The notes: generated by a model from the sequence alone, not told the origin. A stretch of 64,000 nucleotides of DNA from an uncultured Planctomycetota bacterium (GCA_963845755.1 CAWJTV010000011.1:1216001-1280000), one strand, 5' to 3'. Positions 46,967 to 61,446 are shown, counted from the stretch's first letter. Program-made: numbers and translations.

Positions 46967-47833
46967 ATGCCAGCCCTCGAACCGTACATCGACGCCCACT
47001 CGCACATCTGGACGCCCGACGTCGCCCATTACCCGCTGGCGAAGGGTTTCACGGTCGCCGACATGCAGCCGAAGTCCTTCACGGCCGAGGAGCTGCTGAA
47101 GACCTGTCGGCCCGCGGGCGTGGGCCGCGTCAACCTGATCCAGATGAGCTACTACGAGTTCGATAACCGTTACATGCTGGACATGATCAAGTTGTATCCC
47201 GACCGGTTCGTCGGCACGGCCATTGTCAACCCGCTGGGCGACGATCCCGGCGCGCAATGCGCGACCTGGCCAAACAGGGCGTCCACGCCTTTCGCATCCA
47301 TCCGGGTTACAGCAAGCAGCCACCGGCGCGCTGGCTCGAGCCGCCCGGCTACCAGGCCATGTTCGCCACCGCCGCCCAGACCGGCCAGGCGCTCTCCTGC
47401 CTGATCGATCCCGGCGGGTTCCCCGAGGTCGAACCGCATGTGTCGGCGGTTCCCCGACACCAAGGTCATCATCGACCACCTCGGTCGCATCGGTGCCAGC
47501 CCCGACGGCTCGATCCACGATGCCGACGTCGCGGCCCTTTGCCGGCTCGCCGCGCATCGGAACCTCTTCGTCAAGGTGGGCGCCTTCTACGCCCTGGGCA
47601 AGAAGACGCCGCCGTATCTCGACCTGGCTCCCTTGATCCGCCGGGTGGTCCAGGCCTTCGGCGCCCGGAGATGCCTGTGGGAAAGCGACTGCCCCTTTCA
47701 GGTCGTCAAGCATCGTTATGAGGATAGCGTCGCCCTCATCCGCGACCACCTCGACTTCCTCAGCAAGGACGATCGCGACTGGCTCCTCGTTCGTACGGCC
47801 GAACGGACGTTGTTTCAACCTCTCAAGCCCTGA
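46967..47833 (+). CDS. Amidohydrolase family 2 protein (frameshifts at about 47255 and 47435)
   Basis: IDAHSHIW, IIDHLGR, VKVGAFY, FGARRCLWESDCP. Confidence 0.88.
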
Positions 47834-47857
47834 CGCGGCCGAGAAGGAAGGCATTCG

Positions 47858-47928
47858 GGAAGGCTGAAGGCTGAAGGATGAGTCAAAACCCCACCGGTCT
47901 TGATTCATCCTTCAGCCTTCAGCCTTCC
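47858..47928. repeat. Palindromic element with heptamer-repeat arms (GAAGGCT type)
   Basis: GGAAGGCTGAAGGCTGAAGGATGAGTCAA ... TTGATTCATCCTTCAGCCTTCAGCCTTCC. Confidence 0.8.
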
Positions 47929-48031
47929 GATAATCCGCCCTCGCCCGGTTTGCGGCAGGGGAGGGTTCTCCCTAGAATGAGATGGCTCCGTCCTCCTTCT
48001 TCCCGGAATTGAATGCCCGCTGAGGTGGCCG

Positions 48032-48838
48032 ATGTTTGGCGCCGTGTCCGAAACCCCTTACGACCTGCGATTCCGCCTGCTGGGCATCCCGGTCCGGGTT
48101 CATCCCTTCTTCTGGATCGCGGGACTGCTCCTGGCCGGCAACGTCCGGGACCTGTCGATCATCGTGATGTGGGTGGGCTGCGTGTTCATCTCGATCCTGA
48201 TCCACGAGTACGGACATGGATTGATGGCCATGAAGTTCGACTCCTCACCATCCATCGTGCTATGGATGGGCGGAGGCTTGTGTTATAGCCAGACAGAGCG
48301 TCAGACGCCCCTCCAACGGCTGGCGGTTGTGCTTAGCGGTCCGGGGGCGGGGTTCGTCTTCTGCGGCATCGTTATGCTGATTTACTCGATCCTTTATGGT
48401 GTGACACCGCGCGAGCACCTCAGTTTTGTGAGGTATCTGCTGAAGCTCCCCGACGATCGGGAAGGGCTAGGCGGCCTGCTCCAGAAACTCGATATCGGGG
48501 GCGAGACAGAGCGTGCCCGCATCCAACTGTACGGGAACCTGGTTTGGATCAACCTCTTGTGGGGCCTCATCAACCTCTTGCCGATCTTCCCGCTCGACGG
48601 GGGCCGGGTCAGCGAGATCCTGCTCACTTACGTAAACCGTTATGAGGGAAAACGATGGAGCCACACCGTTTCTCTCGTGATCGCGGGCCTGCTCGCCGTC
48701 GTCAGTATCCCCTTGACCAACTCCTACTTCCTCGCGGTGTTCTTCGGCTACTTCGCTTTCCTCAACTACCAGATCCTTCAGACGATCCACCGAGCCCAGG
48801 TCATGGGTCTGTACGACGATGACTGGTGGCGGCGATGA
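48032..48838 (+). CDS. Site-2 protease (peptidase M50)
   Basis: IHEYGH zinc motif, SGP, NLLPIFPLDGG. Confidence 0.92.
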   Translation: MFGAVSETPYDLRFRLLGIPVRVHPFFWIAGLLLAGNVRDLSIIVMWVGCVFISILIHEYGHGLMAMKFDSSPSIVLWMGGGLCYSQTERQTPLQRLAVVLSGPGAGFVFCGIVMLIYSILYGVTPREHLSFVRYLLKLPDDREGLGGLLQKLDIGGETERARIQLYGNLVWINLLWGLINLLPIFPLDGGRVSEILLTYVNRYEGKRWSHTVSLVIAGLLAVVSIPLTNSYFLAVFFGYFAFLNYQILQTIHRAQVMGLYDDDWWRR

Positions 48839-49242
48839 CCGATCGCCCCGCCGCGCATTGCCGGCGTGCCGGCCGGTCTGAGGGGTCGGGTCCGGGCGGC
48901 GACGGAACGCGCGGGACGTACCGGGACTCGCCGACTTCACACCTCCCCAACATCGAACGAGTCATTGCCGGCATGGATTGATTCGGGCGGTTCACGGTCG
49001 TATGATCGAGATAAGCGGAGGAGCGGGTGGATGCCGGGAAGCGACGAAACGGGCGATTTCCGGGAAGGGGCCGAGGTCCCCTCTTTCTTTCGGGCGGCTG
49101 ATGCACTAATCATGTACGGTCCCGATGGTGCGGTTGCCGGGAACAGAGATCAGTAGTCCGTGGTCCGTGGAGTGTGAAAGCCGGAAGATCGGGCGCGGGT
49201 CTCCGGGCACCCGCGGGGTCGCCGCCGGTGGGCGGAGGATTC

Positions 49243-49368
49243 GGCTCGATGAGAGTCCGGCGGGGTGGGTTTTCCACCTTCCACCTTCGGCCTTTCGGTG
49301 GTTGTGCTAGGCTTGATGAGAGTCCAGAGGGTGGATTTCCACCTTCATCATTCATCCTTCATCCTTCA
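49243..49368. repeat. Two tandem units of about 67 bp with heptamer tails
   Basis: GGCT(C/T)GATGAGAGTCC..GGGTGG..TTTCCACCTTC twice, followed by TTCATCA TTCATCC TTCATCC. Confidence 0.65.
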
Positions 49369-49388
49369 CGAAGCCTTTCCGAGATTTT

Positions 49389-51911
<2,523 letters not shown>

Positions 51912-51924
<13 letters not shown>

Positions 51925-52004
51925 GTAGAACAAACAAATCGGCTCGTGTTCACCGCCTATTGCCTACCGAAATCGGCTTGTATTCACCGCCTACTGCCTA
52001 CTAC
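51912..52004. repeat. Heptamer-armed element with a duplicated right arm (34-bp period), overlapping the lon stop codon
   Basis: GAGTAGTCAGTAGGTAGAAC then AAATCGGCT(C/T)GT(G/A)TTCACCGCCTA(T/C)TGCCTAC twice. Confidence 0.7.
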
Positions 52005-52112
52005 CGAAGCGACCGCTCTGGCCCGGGAGCGTCATATCGCGTAAGATTCGTCCCCGGTTGGCGAAAGCGAGCCGGAACGGAATCCCCTCGGTCCACGGAA
52101 GGAACGAACCCG

Positions 52113-52778
52113 ATGAAGATCCAGCACCCCTGGCTGGTCCGGTCGGTCGGCGTGGCGGGTGCCGCGCTGGTCCGGCAACTGGGCCGCACGCTGAAATACC
52201 ACTTCCGCTACCAGGACCCGCAAGTGGCGCCCGAGATGGCGCGTCAAACCGGCCAGCGGTACATCTACGCGTTTTTCCACGAGGTCATGCTGTTCCCGGC
52301 TTATTACTGGCCTTGGCCTGAGATGCACATCCTGATCAGCGACCACCGCGACGGCGAGCTGATCACGCAGGTCATCCGGCGGTTGGGATTCAGCGTGGTG
52401 CGGGGCTCGACCACGAGGGGCGGCACGCGCGCCCTCCGCGAGATGACCTTGCGGATCGACCGCGGCCACCTGTGCGTGACGCCGGATGGCCCGCGCGGCC
52501 CGCGCCGGCACGTCCATCAGGGCCTGGCCTACCTCGCCAGCCGGACCGGTTTCCCGATCGTCGGCGCCGGGATGGCCTTCCAGCGACCGTGGCGAGCTAA
52601 GAGCTGGGACCGGTTCTGCATTCCCCGCCCCTTCAGCCACGCCGCCTGCGTTGCCCCGGCGCCGGTCATGGTCCCCCCCGACGCCGACCGCGATACTCTC
52701 GAAGCGTGCCGCTTCGAAGTCGAGCGTCGCATGCAGGCCGCGATGCTCGAGGCCGAAGCCTGGGTGAGGGAGCTGTAG
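52113..52778 (+). CDS. DUF374 / lysophospholipid acyltransferase family protein
   Basis: LISDHRDGE, VRGSTTRGG, TPDGPRGP, SWDRF.IP.PFS. Confidence 0.9.
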   Translation: MKIQHPWLVRSVGVAGAALVRQLGRTLKYHFRYQDPQVAPEMARQTGQRYIYAFFHEVMLFPAYYWPWPEMHILISDHRDGELITQVIRRLGFSVVRGSTTRGGTRALREMTLRIDRGHLCVTPDGPRGPRRHVHQGLAYLASRTGFPIVGAGMAFQRPWRAKSWDRFCIPRPFSHAACVAPAPVMVPPDADRDTLEACRFEVERRMQAAMLEAEAWVREL

Positions 52779-52868
52779 AGTCCGCGACTTGATCCTCGGC
52801 TCCGGTGGGGCCTCCGGCCGTGTGGCGTTTGCCTCCCACTGCGGAAAGGTCCTGTCCAGATCGAACAA

Positions 52869-53264
52869 TCACTTATGGTACTGTTCGTCGCTCACGTGCT
52901 CCAGCCAGTCGACGACCTTGCCGTCGAGCTGTTCCTGGATGGCGATATGCGTCATGGCCGTGGTCGGCGTGGCACCGTGCCAATGCTTCTCCCCCGGCGG
53001 GAACCAGACCACGTCGCCGGGACGGACTTCCTCGACCGAGCCGCCCTCGCGCTGGACCCGGCCGCAGCCGGCCGTGATGATCAGGGTCTGCCCCAGCGGA
53101 TGGGTGTGCCACGCCGTCCGGGCCCCGGGCTCGAACGTGACGCTGGCGCCGGCCGCACGTGCTGGGTCGTGCGCCTGGAACAACGGGTCGATGCGGACCG
53201 TGCCGGTAAACCAGTCGGCCGGTCCTTTGGCGGACGGCTGTGAGCCACTTCTCTTGATTTCCAT
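52869..53264 (-). CDS. Cupin domain protein (possible upstream start at 53372)
   Basis: [41 protein letters not shown]. Confidence 0.9.
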   Translation of the reverse strand: MEIKRSGSQPSAKGPADWFTGTVRIDPLFQAHDPARAAGASVTFEPGARTAWHTHPLGQTLIITAGCGRVQREGGSVEEVRPGDVVWFPPGEKHWHGATPTTAMTHIAIQEQLDGKVVDWLEHVSDEQYHK

Positions 53265-53522
53265 GTGAAGCTCCGGATGTTGGGATAGGGAGGCGACGAC
53301 GGCGAAGTGAGTCACCAACGGTGCTGCGGCCGACCCCAGCCCTGCGGCAAGGAAGCGGCGGCGGTCTGTCATGGCGGGACCGCGGTCGATGTCGTGATCG
53401 TGAGAAGTAGCCATACAGGTTGCCCTGTTCGAGTTACACCGCATAGATCCTGCGCGTCCGTCGGAACCGGCTTTTCAATCACGACCACGTCCACCGGCTG
53501 GCTTATGGGATGTGCTCGACGA

Positions 53523-53906
53523 TCACGCATCGGTCTCGCGCGGCATGACCTTGACCGTCGCCGAGCGGGCACTTGCCCCGATCATCGGGCTCAGATACGG
53601 GCTGCCGCGGTACTTCGCCCGGTAAGCCTCGTCGATGCGCTCGTTGATCGGACCATCGACTGGCTCGAAGGCGACTTCTTTCGTCATGCCGGCGGCCGAG
53701 ATGCACCCCGACTTCTGACGCACCGCGGCCCGGTACCAACGAGAGTTCTTCCCGTTGTACGCACGCACGTAGAGGGCGTCGTTGACCGTGACGGACCAGA
53801 TCCACGTCGGGGTGCCATACGTCGCCCCGTCCTCGCGGAAGGGTGAGATGTGCAGGTCGTCGGTCTCGGCGATCTTCCTCAGCTCGTCTCTCGACCAGGT
53901 GGTCAT
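53523..53906 (-). CDS. DUF2255 family protein
   Basis: GAGGAGG RBS; DDLHISPFREDG.TYGTPTWIWSV...YVRAYNG..SRWY. Confidence 0.85.
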   Translation of the reverse strand: MTTWSRDELRKIAETDDLHISPFREDGATYGTPTWIWSVTVNDALYVRAYNGKNSRWYRAAVRQKSGCISAAGMTKEVAFEPVDGPINERIDEAYRAKYRGSPYLSPMIGASARSATVKVMPRETDA

Positions 53907-54088
53907 CGCGGGTCCTCCTCGTAATTCGTTTCGGGCGATAGCAGGGTCTTGATCGCGCGGCGCTCGTCGATGAGCGTCGTTACGCCTCGGGAATGGCGTC
54001 GCGGCTGACGCCGTTCTCCGATGCATTCCCCAGAGGCTTCCTCCGGAGGATGACTGCGCCGTGCGTGCAGGTTTTCGATGGATGAGTC

Positions 54089-54188
54089 TCACGCGGAGAC
54101 ACGGAGAAACACCTATTCCGGTCGAGACGGTCCCTAACGGAATCCGATTGCTGAGGGGGTTCTCCGCGGGCTCCGCGTCTCCGCGTGA
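54089..54188. repeat. REP-like palindromic element
   Basis: TCACGCGGAGACACGGAG ... CTCCGCGTCTCCGCGTGA inverted arms. Confidence 0.7.
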
Positions 54189-54227
54189 AATCTGGTCGTG
54201 AATCAAGGGGGTTACGGCGCGGCCGCG

Positions 54228-56214
54228 TTAGGGCAGGCACAACACGATAAGTTCCGCAGGGAGATTGGAGCCCCCAGTCGGGACGACGATGTATTGCTTG
54301 CCGTTCAGCATGTAGGTCATCGGCGCTCCCGTCGCGTTGCGTGGTAACGCCACTTCCCCAACCACCTTGCCGGTGGCCTTGTCGTAGGCGCAGAGTTTCG
54401 GCTCGTGGATCTCGAAGTCCGGCACCTTCACGGATCCCGGATCGGCGCTGGCCTCGCGTTGGATGGTGCGCTCGCGCTGAGTGTTGCCCTCTTGCCCGAC
54501 GATGAGCAGTCGTCTTCGTCAGGAGTACGTGACCGCGCGCGGCTCGCCCGAGGGGCGGGAGGCCAAGCTGTTTCAATGCAGGATTGCTTTGGGCCAGGTC
54601 GCCCATCGGTACCATCCATCGGTGGTCGCCCGTATTCATATCGATGGCAGTGATTCGCCCGTAGGGCGGTTTCCAGAGGGGGACGCCTCGCATCGTCTCC
54701 ATTGGAGCGAGCGTACCGGCAAAGTCGGCATGCGGTACCGGCGACTTCACCATCGTGGCCGCGTACGGGAGCGTGATCGACGGTACGTACAAGATCCCGG
54801 TCTCGGGGTCGAACGCCGCGCCCGCCCAGCTCGCTCCACCGGCGATGCCGGGCATCTGAATCGTGGGTTTCTGCAGGGACGGCGGCGTGAACAGCGGGCC
54901 GTAGTTGTACTTTTCGAGAACGGCCAGCGCGTCCTTGCGCAGCTCCGGCGTGAAGTCGATCACGTCGTTCTCCGTGATCCCCTGCCGGTCAAAGGGCGCG
55001 GGCTTGGTTGGGAAGGGCTGCGTTGGGGACAGTCTCTCGCCGGGCACCGTTGACTGCGGAACGGGCCGCTCTTCGATGGGCCAGATCGGTCTGCCTGTCA
55101 CACGGTCGAAGACGTAGCAGAAACCCTGCTTGCTTACCTGCGCGATGGCCTTGATGGGCTCTCCGTTCACCCGGAGGTCGACCAGGTTGGGCGCCGCAGG
55201 CAGGTCGTAGTCCCACACCCCGTGATGGGTCATCTGAAAGTGCCAGATACGCTTGCCGGTACGCGCATCCAGGCAGACCAGACTCTCTCCGAAGAGGCCA
55301 TGGCCGGGCCGCTGGCCACCGTAGAGATCGTTGGAGGGCGTGCCGAAGGGCAGATAGACGTAGCCCAGCGCCTCGTCCGCACTCATCAGCGTCCAGGCGT
55401 TGGCGCCGCCCGTCGTGTTCCAGGAACCCTGATCCCAGGTCTCGTTACCGAACTCTCCCTCTCCTGGGACGGAACGGAAGAGCCACTGCTGCTTGCCGGT
55501 GCGGACATCGAAGCCTCGCACGTCACCGGGCGGCATCTCCTTTGACAGGGGGAAATCGTGAACTTTCGACCCCATCACCACGACGTCGCGACAGATAATG
55601 GGTGGGGAGGAGACGCCGTACAGATGCCGATTGACAGGACGACCCAATCCCTGCGTCAGATCAATGCGCCCCTGTTGACCGAATGTGGAGATGAGCTTGC
55701 CTGTCTGCGCGTTCAGGCAGATCAGGTAACCGTCGCCGCTGCCGAACAGGATGCGTTGATCGTTCCCATCCGCCCAGTGGGCAACGCCGCGATGCACGAA
55801 GCCATTATTGGAGGGCGTTCCGTTTTTCCACGTCTCCGGGTCGTGGACCCACCGAGTTTTTCCTGTTGCAGCGTCGATGGCAGCGACCTGGGAGAGCGAG
55901 GTGCTGACATACAGGACGCCGCCGACCATGAGCGGGGTGGATTCCCACGTCCAGGTTTTTAGATCAGGATTCGCTTTTGCGATCTCCTCATCGGCGGATC
56001 GCCATGTCCACGCGACGCTCAAGCGATGGAAATTGTCTCCGCCGATCTGAGCGAGCGGCGAATACTTCGAACTGGCCTTGTCGCCGCCGTAGCTCGTCCA
56101 TTCCGTCGCCGGGCCCGGGACGTTCCTCGCCTGAGCATGCGCGAGACGGCCGACAGGCACACTCGGTGCGAGCAGGGCGGCCAACAGCAGAATCTTGTGC
56201 GCCCGACTGTTCAT
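54228..56214 (-). CDS. PQQ-dependent glucose/quinate-type dehydrogenase, soluble periplasmic form (frameshifts at about 54510 and 54430)
   Basis: Signal peptide, YSPLAQI, ESTPLMVGG, RGFDVRTGK, HHGVWDYD, KPPYGRITAID, APMTY. Confidence 0.88.
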
Positions 56215-56467
56215 GGATCCTCCGAATCGAGTCATGCGTCTTCCCAATTTCTCGCCCGAGGTTGTCCAGCCAGAGCCCGAGAGGGCCCCCGCGGCGGTCT
56301 CCGAGGACGGCCGCGAGGAGTTCGATGCGTCGGGAGAGCCCCCGCATGGCTGCCGCGGAAGTCGAGTGCCGCAATCGGTGGGCATCCCGAGCGAGGGCCC
56401 GGATGGCTTGAGCGAACCGGGCCGGGTCCGAAAGCGAGTTCGTTCTCATCCTGTACTCCTTCGCCGC

Positions 56468-57556
<1,089 letters not shown>

Positions 57557-57702
57557 TTATTAGAGGCCAACTGACCGGGGATGGAAAGGAACGTTCCTCC
57601 AAAAGGTTTGCCCAATTCTATTGGGACCTGGGCGAACTACCCGCGCCATGCGGAATATTGTAACCTGATCTTATGGGAACCTCAGCAAGATCGGAGGATG
57701 GG

Positions 57703-58605
57703 ATGAAAGGCCAGCGTGACAATCGCGAGCGGCTCGCGAGCCTCCTCGACGAGGTGGCCGTGCACGAGGGGGTCCATCAGACGCTCGTCGAGGGCGTGGA
57801 GGTGGTCCGCGTCTCGAAGTCGGTGCCCCGGGCCCCCGTGGTCTATGAGCCGAAGATCCTCATCGTCGGCCAGGGCCGTAAGCGGGCCTATCTCGGCGGC
57901 GAGGTCTACAGATACGACGCATACAATTACCTGGTCTTGTCCGTGCCGCTTCCGGCGGAGTGCGAGACCGAGGCGAGCCCCGAGGAGCCCTTACTACTCC
58001 TCGCCATCAACGTCGAGCCGACCATGCTCGGCGAGATGATGCTGGAGATGGACGAGTCCCCGGCGCTGGTTGGCCCGACGCCGCGGGCGATCTCCTCCAC
58101 CCCGATGACCGAGGAGCTGGGCGGAGCCATCTGCCGGCTGCTCGAATGCCTCAAGTCCCCGCTCGACAGCCGGATGCTCGGCCGCCAGACGGTCCGCGAG
58201 GTCGTCTATCGCGTGCTCCAGGGGGAACAGGGCGGGGCCCTGCGTGCCCTGGCCAGTCGGGACGAGCACTTATCCCGCATCGCCCGGGTCTTGAGGCACG
58301 TCCACGCCGAATACGCGAGGCCGCTCGGCGTCGAGGAGCTGGCGAGGAAGGCCGGGATGAGCGTCGCGGCTTTCCACCATTACTTCAAGCTCGTGACCGC
58401 CAGCTCGCCGCTCCAATACCTCAAGCGGATTCGGCTCGACCAGGCCAGGCGGCTCATGGCCCTTGACGGCTACAACGCGGGCACCGCCGCGAGGGCGGTC
58501 GGGTACGAGAGCCCGTCCCAGTTCAGCAGGGAGTTCAAGCGGCTCTTCGGCGTCACGCCCGTCGAGCAGGCCGAGCAGACAAGGGCCCGCCTCGTGGCCG
58601 GGTGA
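57703..58605 (+). CDS. AraC family regulator (AraC_N/YqhC type), divergent from the aldo/keto reductase
   Basis: VYEP...VGQGRKR N-domain and HTH FHHYFK...SPLQYLK...VGYESPSQFSREFKRLFG. Confidence 0.92.
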   Translation: MKGQRDNRERLASLLDEVAVHEGVHQTLVEGVEVVRVSKSVPRAPVVYEPKILIVGQGRKRAYLGGEVYRYDAYNYLVLSVPLPAECETEASPEEPLLLLAINVEPTMLGEMMLEMDESPALVGPTPRAISSTPMTEELGGAICRLLECLKSPLDSRMLGRQTVREVVYRVLQGEQGGALRALASRDEHLSRIARVLRHVHAEYARPLGVEELARKAGMSVAAFHHYFKLVTASSPLQYLKRIRLDQARRLMALDGYNAGTAARAVGYESPSQFSREFKRLFGVTPVEQAEQTRARLVAG

Positions 58606-58864
58606 TGCTTCCCAGAACGTGGCCCAGCGGCCTCTGGTCGGTCCGATCCCAGGGGCGCACTTCACTCGACCTCCTTGCGCGATTCCCACTGCGGCGGACG
58701 ACGCAATCGTCCAGGCCAAAGCCAGCGATACTGCGCGCTTTGGTCTGATCGTCCTGAGCGTTCGAGGGCTACTGCTCTCACACAAGTTTCGACCAATCCT
58801 GACACGCTACGACATCGCCGTGCTTCAATGGGAATCCGACGCTTGCTGCGATTCCTCATCCCAT

Positions 58865-59878
58865 TCAACCCTTATACGACACCACCGCCTGTTGCGTCGT
58901 CGGCGGAAGAGCGTGGAATTCGCTACGCAGGAACCCGGCCCGGGCAAAAATCGACTGGAATTCCGCAAACGTGTACGCGTCGCCGTGGGCTGTGGTGGCG
59001 AGCATCACCAGCGCGAAGTTAGCCGTCGATGGAGGCGTGATGCGATCGGGCTCGGGAATGAATTCCAGCGTCAGGGCTCGGCCACTCGGTGCGAGCGCCG
59101 CGTACGCTTTGGCCGCCAACTGCTCACATGTCGGCACGTCGAAGTGATGCAGGAAGTTGGTCAGGAGCACGATGTCGTAGGGGCCGCCCCAATCCAAGTC
59201 GAAGGCACTACCGGGACGCAGAGCATACCGCTCGGCAACATCCGCCCTACGAGCATTCTCCTCTGCGACCGCCAGCACATTTGGCCAATCCAGCGCGGTG
59301 ACGTGAGCTTGGCGATAGCGATCCGCGATGGTGATGCCAAACAATCCGTGCCCCGCGGCGACATCGAGCACGCGGAGCGGTTGCCCGGTATCTCCGCCGA
59401 CCAGACCCGCAAGCAACTGGGCCGGCATCTGCATGAGCGGAGCCATTGCGCGAGCGAACTCAACCCAAATCGGGTTGTCGTGAGAGACGGTTCCCTCGTC
59501 GGAAACCGCCGTGCCGCCACGCCGCACGGCCGCCGTCAGTTGCTGGAAGCTCTCCCTCAATCCGGGCGCGAGGATGAAACGAACCGTGCCGCCCAGATAG
59601 GCCGGCGACTTGCGATCGAGAAACGCCGCTGCGTCGGCGGTGATTTCGTAGCGGTCGCCATGTTTGTGAAGGAAGCCGAGGATGGTGAGATAGTCTGCCA
59701 ATATGCGGATGCCACGCGGCGCGGCCTGGCAGGCATTGGCTAACTCGGGAGCCGTCTGGTGCCCGGCAGCCAATCGCGAGAACAAGTCAAGTTCGATGGC
59801 CGCCCGGAGAGCTTCGGTACGCTGATAGGCGCTGATCGTGTCGAAAAACAACGCGGGGGATGGTCCTTGGGGAGGCAT
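58865..59878 (-). CDS. SAM-dependent O-methyltransferase (dimerisation domain plus Methyltransf_2)
   Basis: AAIELDLF, VLDVAAGHG, NFLHHF; AGGAG RBS. Confidence 0.9.
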   Translation of the reverse strand: MPPQGPSPALFFDTISAYQRTEALRAAIELDLFSRLAAGHQTAPELANACQAAPRGIRILADYLTILGFLHKHGDRYEITADAAAFLDRKSPAYLGGTVRFILAPGLRESFQQLTAAVRRGGTAVSDEGTVSHDNPIWVEFARAMAPLMQMPAQLLAGLVGGDTGQPLRVLDVAAGHGLFGITIADRYRQAHVTALDWPNVLAVAEENARRADVAERYALRPGSAFDLDWGGPYDIVLLTNFLHHFDVPTCEQLAAKAYAALAPSGRALTLEFIPEPDRITPPSTANFALVMLATTAHGDAYTFAEFQSIFARAGFLRSEFHALPPTTQQAVVSYKG

Positions 59879-59892
59879 TGCAACTCCTGATT

Positions 59893-60215
59893 CTATGTTC
59901 GACCGCGACATCTTCGCTCATCGGTGACACCGTGGAGCTTCAGCACGTTCATCAGGGCAATCTGGTTCGAACGCCTGCTCGGGCGACAGCCTGCTGTCGG
60001 CGCAGGTGTCACGCCCCTGAATGCTTCCTGGAAGACCTCCGGCTTCACCCCAAGGAGTGATGCCATCAGAACCACCGGCCTGCAATCGTGCTTCGGGTCA
60101 TCTTCGGGTCCGCCGGAAAAAAACGACGGTGAAACGTCGGCGCGGCCGTGTAGCCGTTCATGGACGCAATTCCGTTAATGAGCGACGTACCCGCCTTATC
60201 GGCCGATGCAGGCAT
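59893..60215 (-). pseudogene. Decayed fragment of a hypothetical protein
   Basis: Protein-like FSGG..DDP....RPVVLMASLLGVKPEVFQEAFRGVTPA...ALMNVLK.HGVTDER with frameshifts, abutting the methyltransferase RBS. Confidence 0.4.
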
Positions 60216-60454
60216 CGACAGGTGAGGGCCGGGACCTGAAGCACAGCCCAATACTCAAGATCGATTATACGAAACGGGCGAAACCATGAAAACGGTCGAG
60301 TGTTGCTGACCGTGCTGCCGGCACCACCGGGACAGTCCCAGCAATGCCGTAACGGCGATTGGAAGCGGACCGGCTGCGGCGGGATAGCCGCGCTTGAGGT
60401 GCAGTCTGTCGGTGCTCTGGACGGGGTGATGTTCCCAGGCGGACCCACCATCAC

Positions 60455-60612
60455 TTGCCCGGTGGCAGGAGGCGTCCTTCCCAGAGGCGCGAGATGGCGG
60501 GCGGGGGAGGCCGGTGCGCGTCGTCAAGGGCGTCTCCCTCGACCTGCTCGACCTCGACCAGGGCCGGGAACATCTCGCGGATCTCGTCGGCCATCTCCGG
60601 CAGGCGGTCAAG
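60455..60612 (-). pseudogene. Fragment resembling the pre-kinase N-terminus of planctomycete Ser/Thr kinases
   Basis: DRLPEMADEIREMFPALVEVEQVEGDA; compare AEHGEHAAALLEILPAVVAL in the kinase at 38855. Confidence 0.45.
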
Positions 60613-60628
60613 AATCCGACAGACTCCC

Positions 60629-60656
60629 TTGACACGCAACTAAACGGTTGCATAAT
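60629..60656 (+). promoter_or_regulatory. Sigma70 promoter with ArsR-type operator
   Basis: TTGACA-N16-CATAAT with GCAAC-N6-GTTGC in the spacer. Confidence 0.7.
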
Positions 60657-60662
60657 GGGGCG

Positions 60663-60992
60663 ATGGACGCAGACCTCGACAAGGTGTTCAAGGCGCTCGC
60701 CGACCCGGGCCGGCGCGTGTTGCTCGATCGTTTGCGCGAGGACAACGGGCAGACGCTGGGCCAGCTCTGCGAGCACTTGAACATGACCCGTCAGGCGGTG
60801 ACAAAGCACCTCAAACTGCTGGAAGAGGCGTCGCTGGTCGTTCCGATCTGGCGTGGCCGCGAGAAGCTGCATTACCTCAACCCGGTGCCGATCCACGCGA
60901 TCGCCGAGCGCTGGATCGGGAAATTCGAGCGGGGCCGCCTCCGCGCGCTGGCCGAGCTCAAGAAAAAGTTGGAAGGAGAAGCCGATGGCTGA
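60663..60992 (+). CDS. ArsR/SmtB family regulator
   Basis: VFKALADPGRR..LLDRL, MTRQAVTKHLKLLEEA.LV...GREKLHYLN. Confidence 0.92.
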   Translation: MDADLDKVFKALADPGRRVLLDRLREDNGQTLGQLCEHLNMTRQAVTKHLKLLEEASLVVPIWRGREKLHYLNPVPIHAIAERWIGKFERGRLRALAELKKKLEGEADG

Positions 60993-61446
60993 TTCGCGGT
61001 TCGTCTACGTGACCTACATCCGGACGACACCGGAGAAGCTGTGGGAGGCGCTGATCGATCCGGAGTTCACCCGGCGTTACTGGGTGGAGACCTGGCAGGA
61101 ATCCGAATGGCAGCCGGGCGCTTCCTGGCGGCTGATGATCCCCGACGGTCGCGTCGGCGACAGCGGTGAGATCCTCGAGATCGAGCCGGGTCGCCGACTC
61201 GTCCTGTCGTGGCGCAACGAGTTCAAGCCCGATCTGCGCGCCGAGGCTCCTTCTCGCCTGACCTACGAGATTGAGAGCCAGGGTGAGTCGGTCAAGCTCA
61301 CCGTCATCCACGAGAGCGAGACACCCGGCTCGAAGCTCATCGAGGCCGTGTCGAACGGCTGGCCGATGATCCTGGCGAGCCTCAAGAGCCTCCTCGAGAC
61401 CGGAGAGCCGCTCGAAGAGTCCCGCCGATGGCCGAAGGGGATGTGA
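60985..61446 (+). CDS. SRPBCC/AHSA1 domain protein
   Basis: YVTYIRTTPEKLWEAL.DPEFTRRYW...GWPMILASLKSLLETG; overlaps the ArsR stop. Confidence 0.9.
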   Translation: MADSRFVYVTYIRTTPEKLWEALIDPEFTRRYWVETWQESEWQPGASWRLMIPDGRVGDSGEILEIEPGRRLVLSWRNEFKPDLRAEAPSRLTYEIESQGESVKLTVIHESETPGSKLIEAVSNGWPMILASLKSLLETGEPLEESRRWPKGM

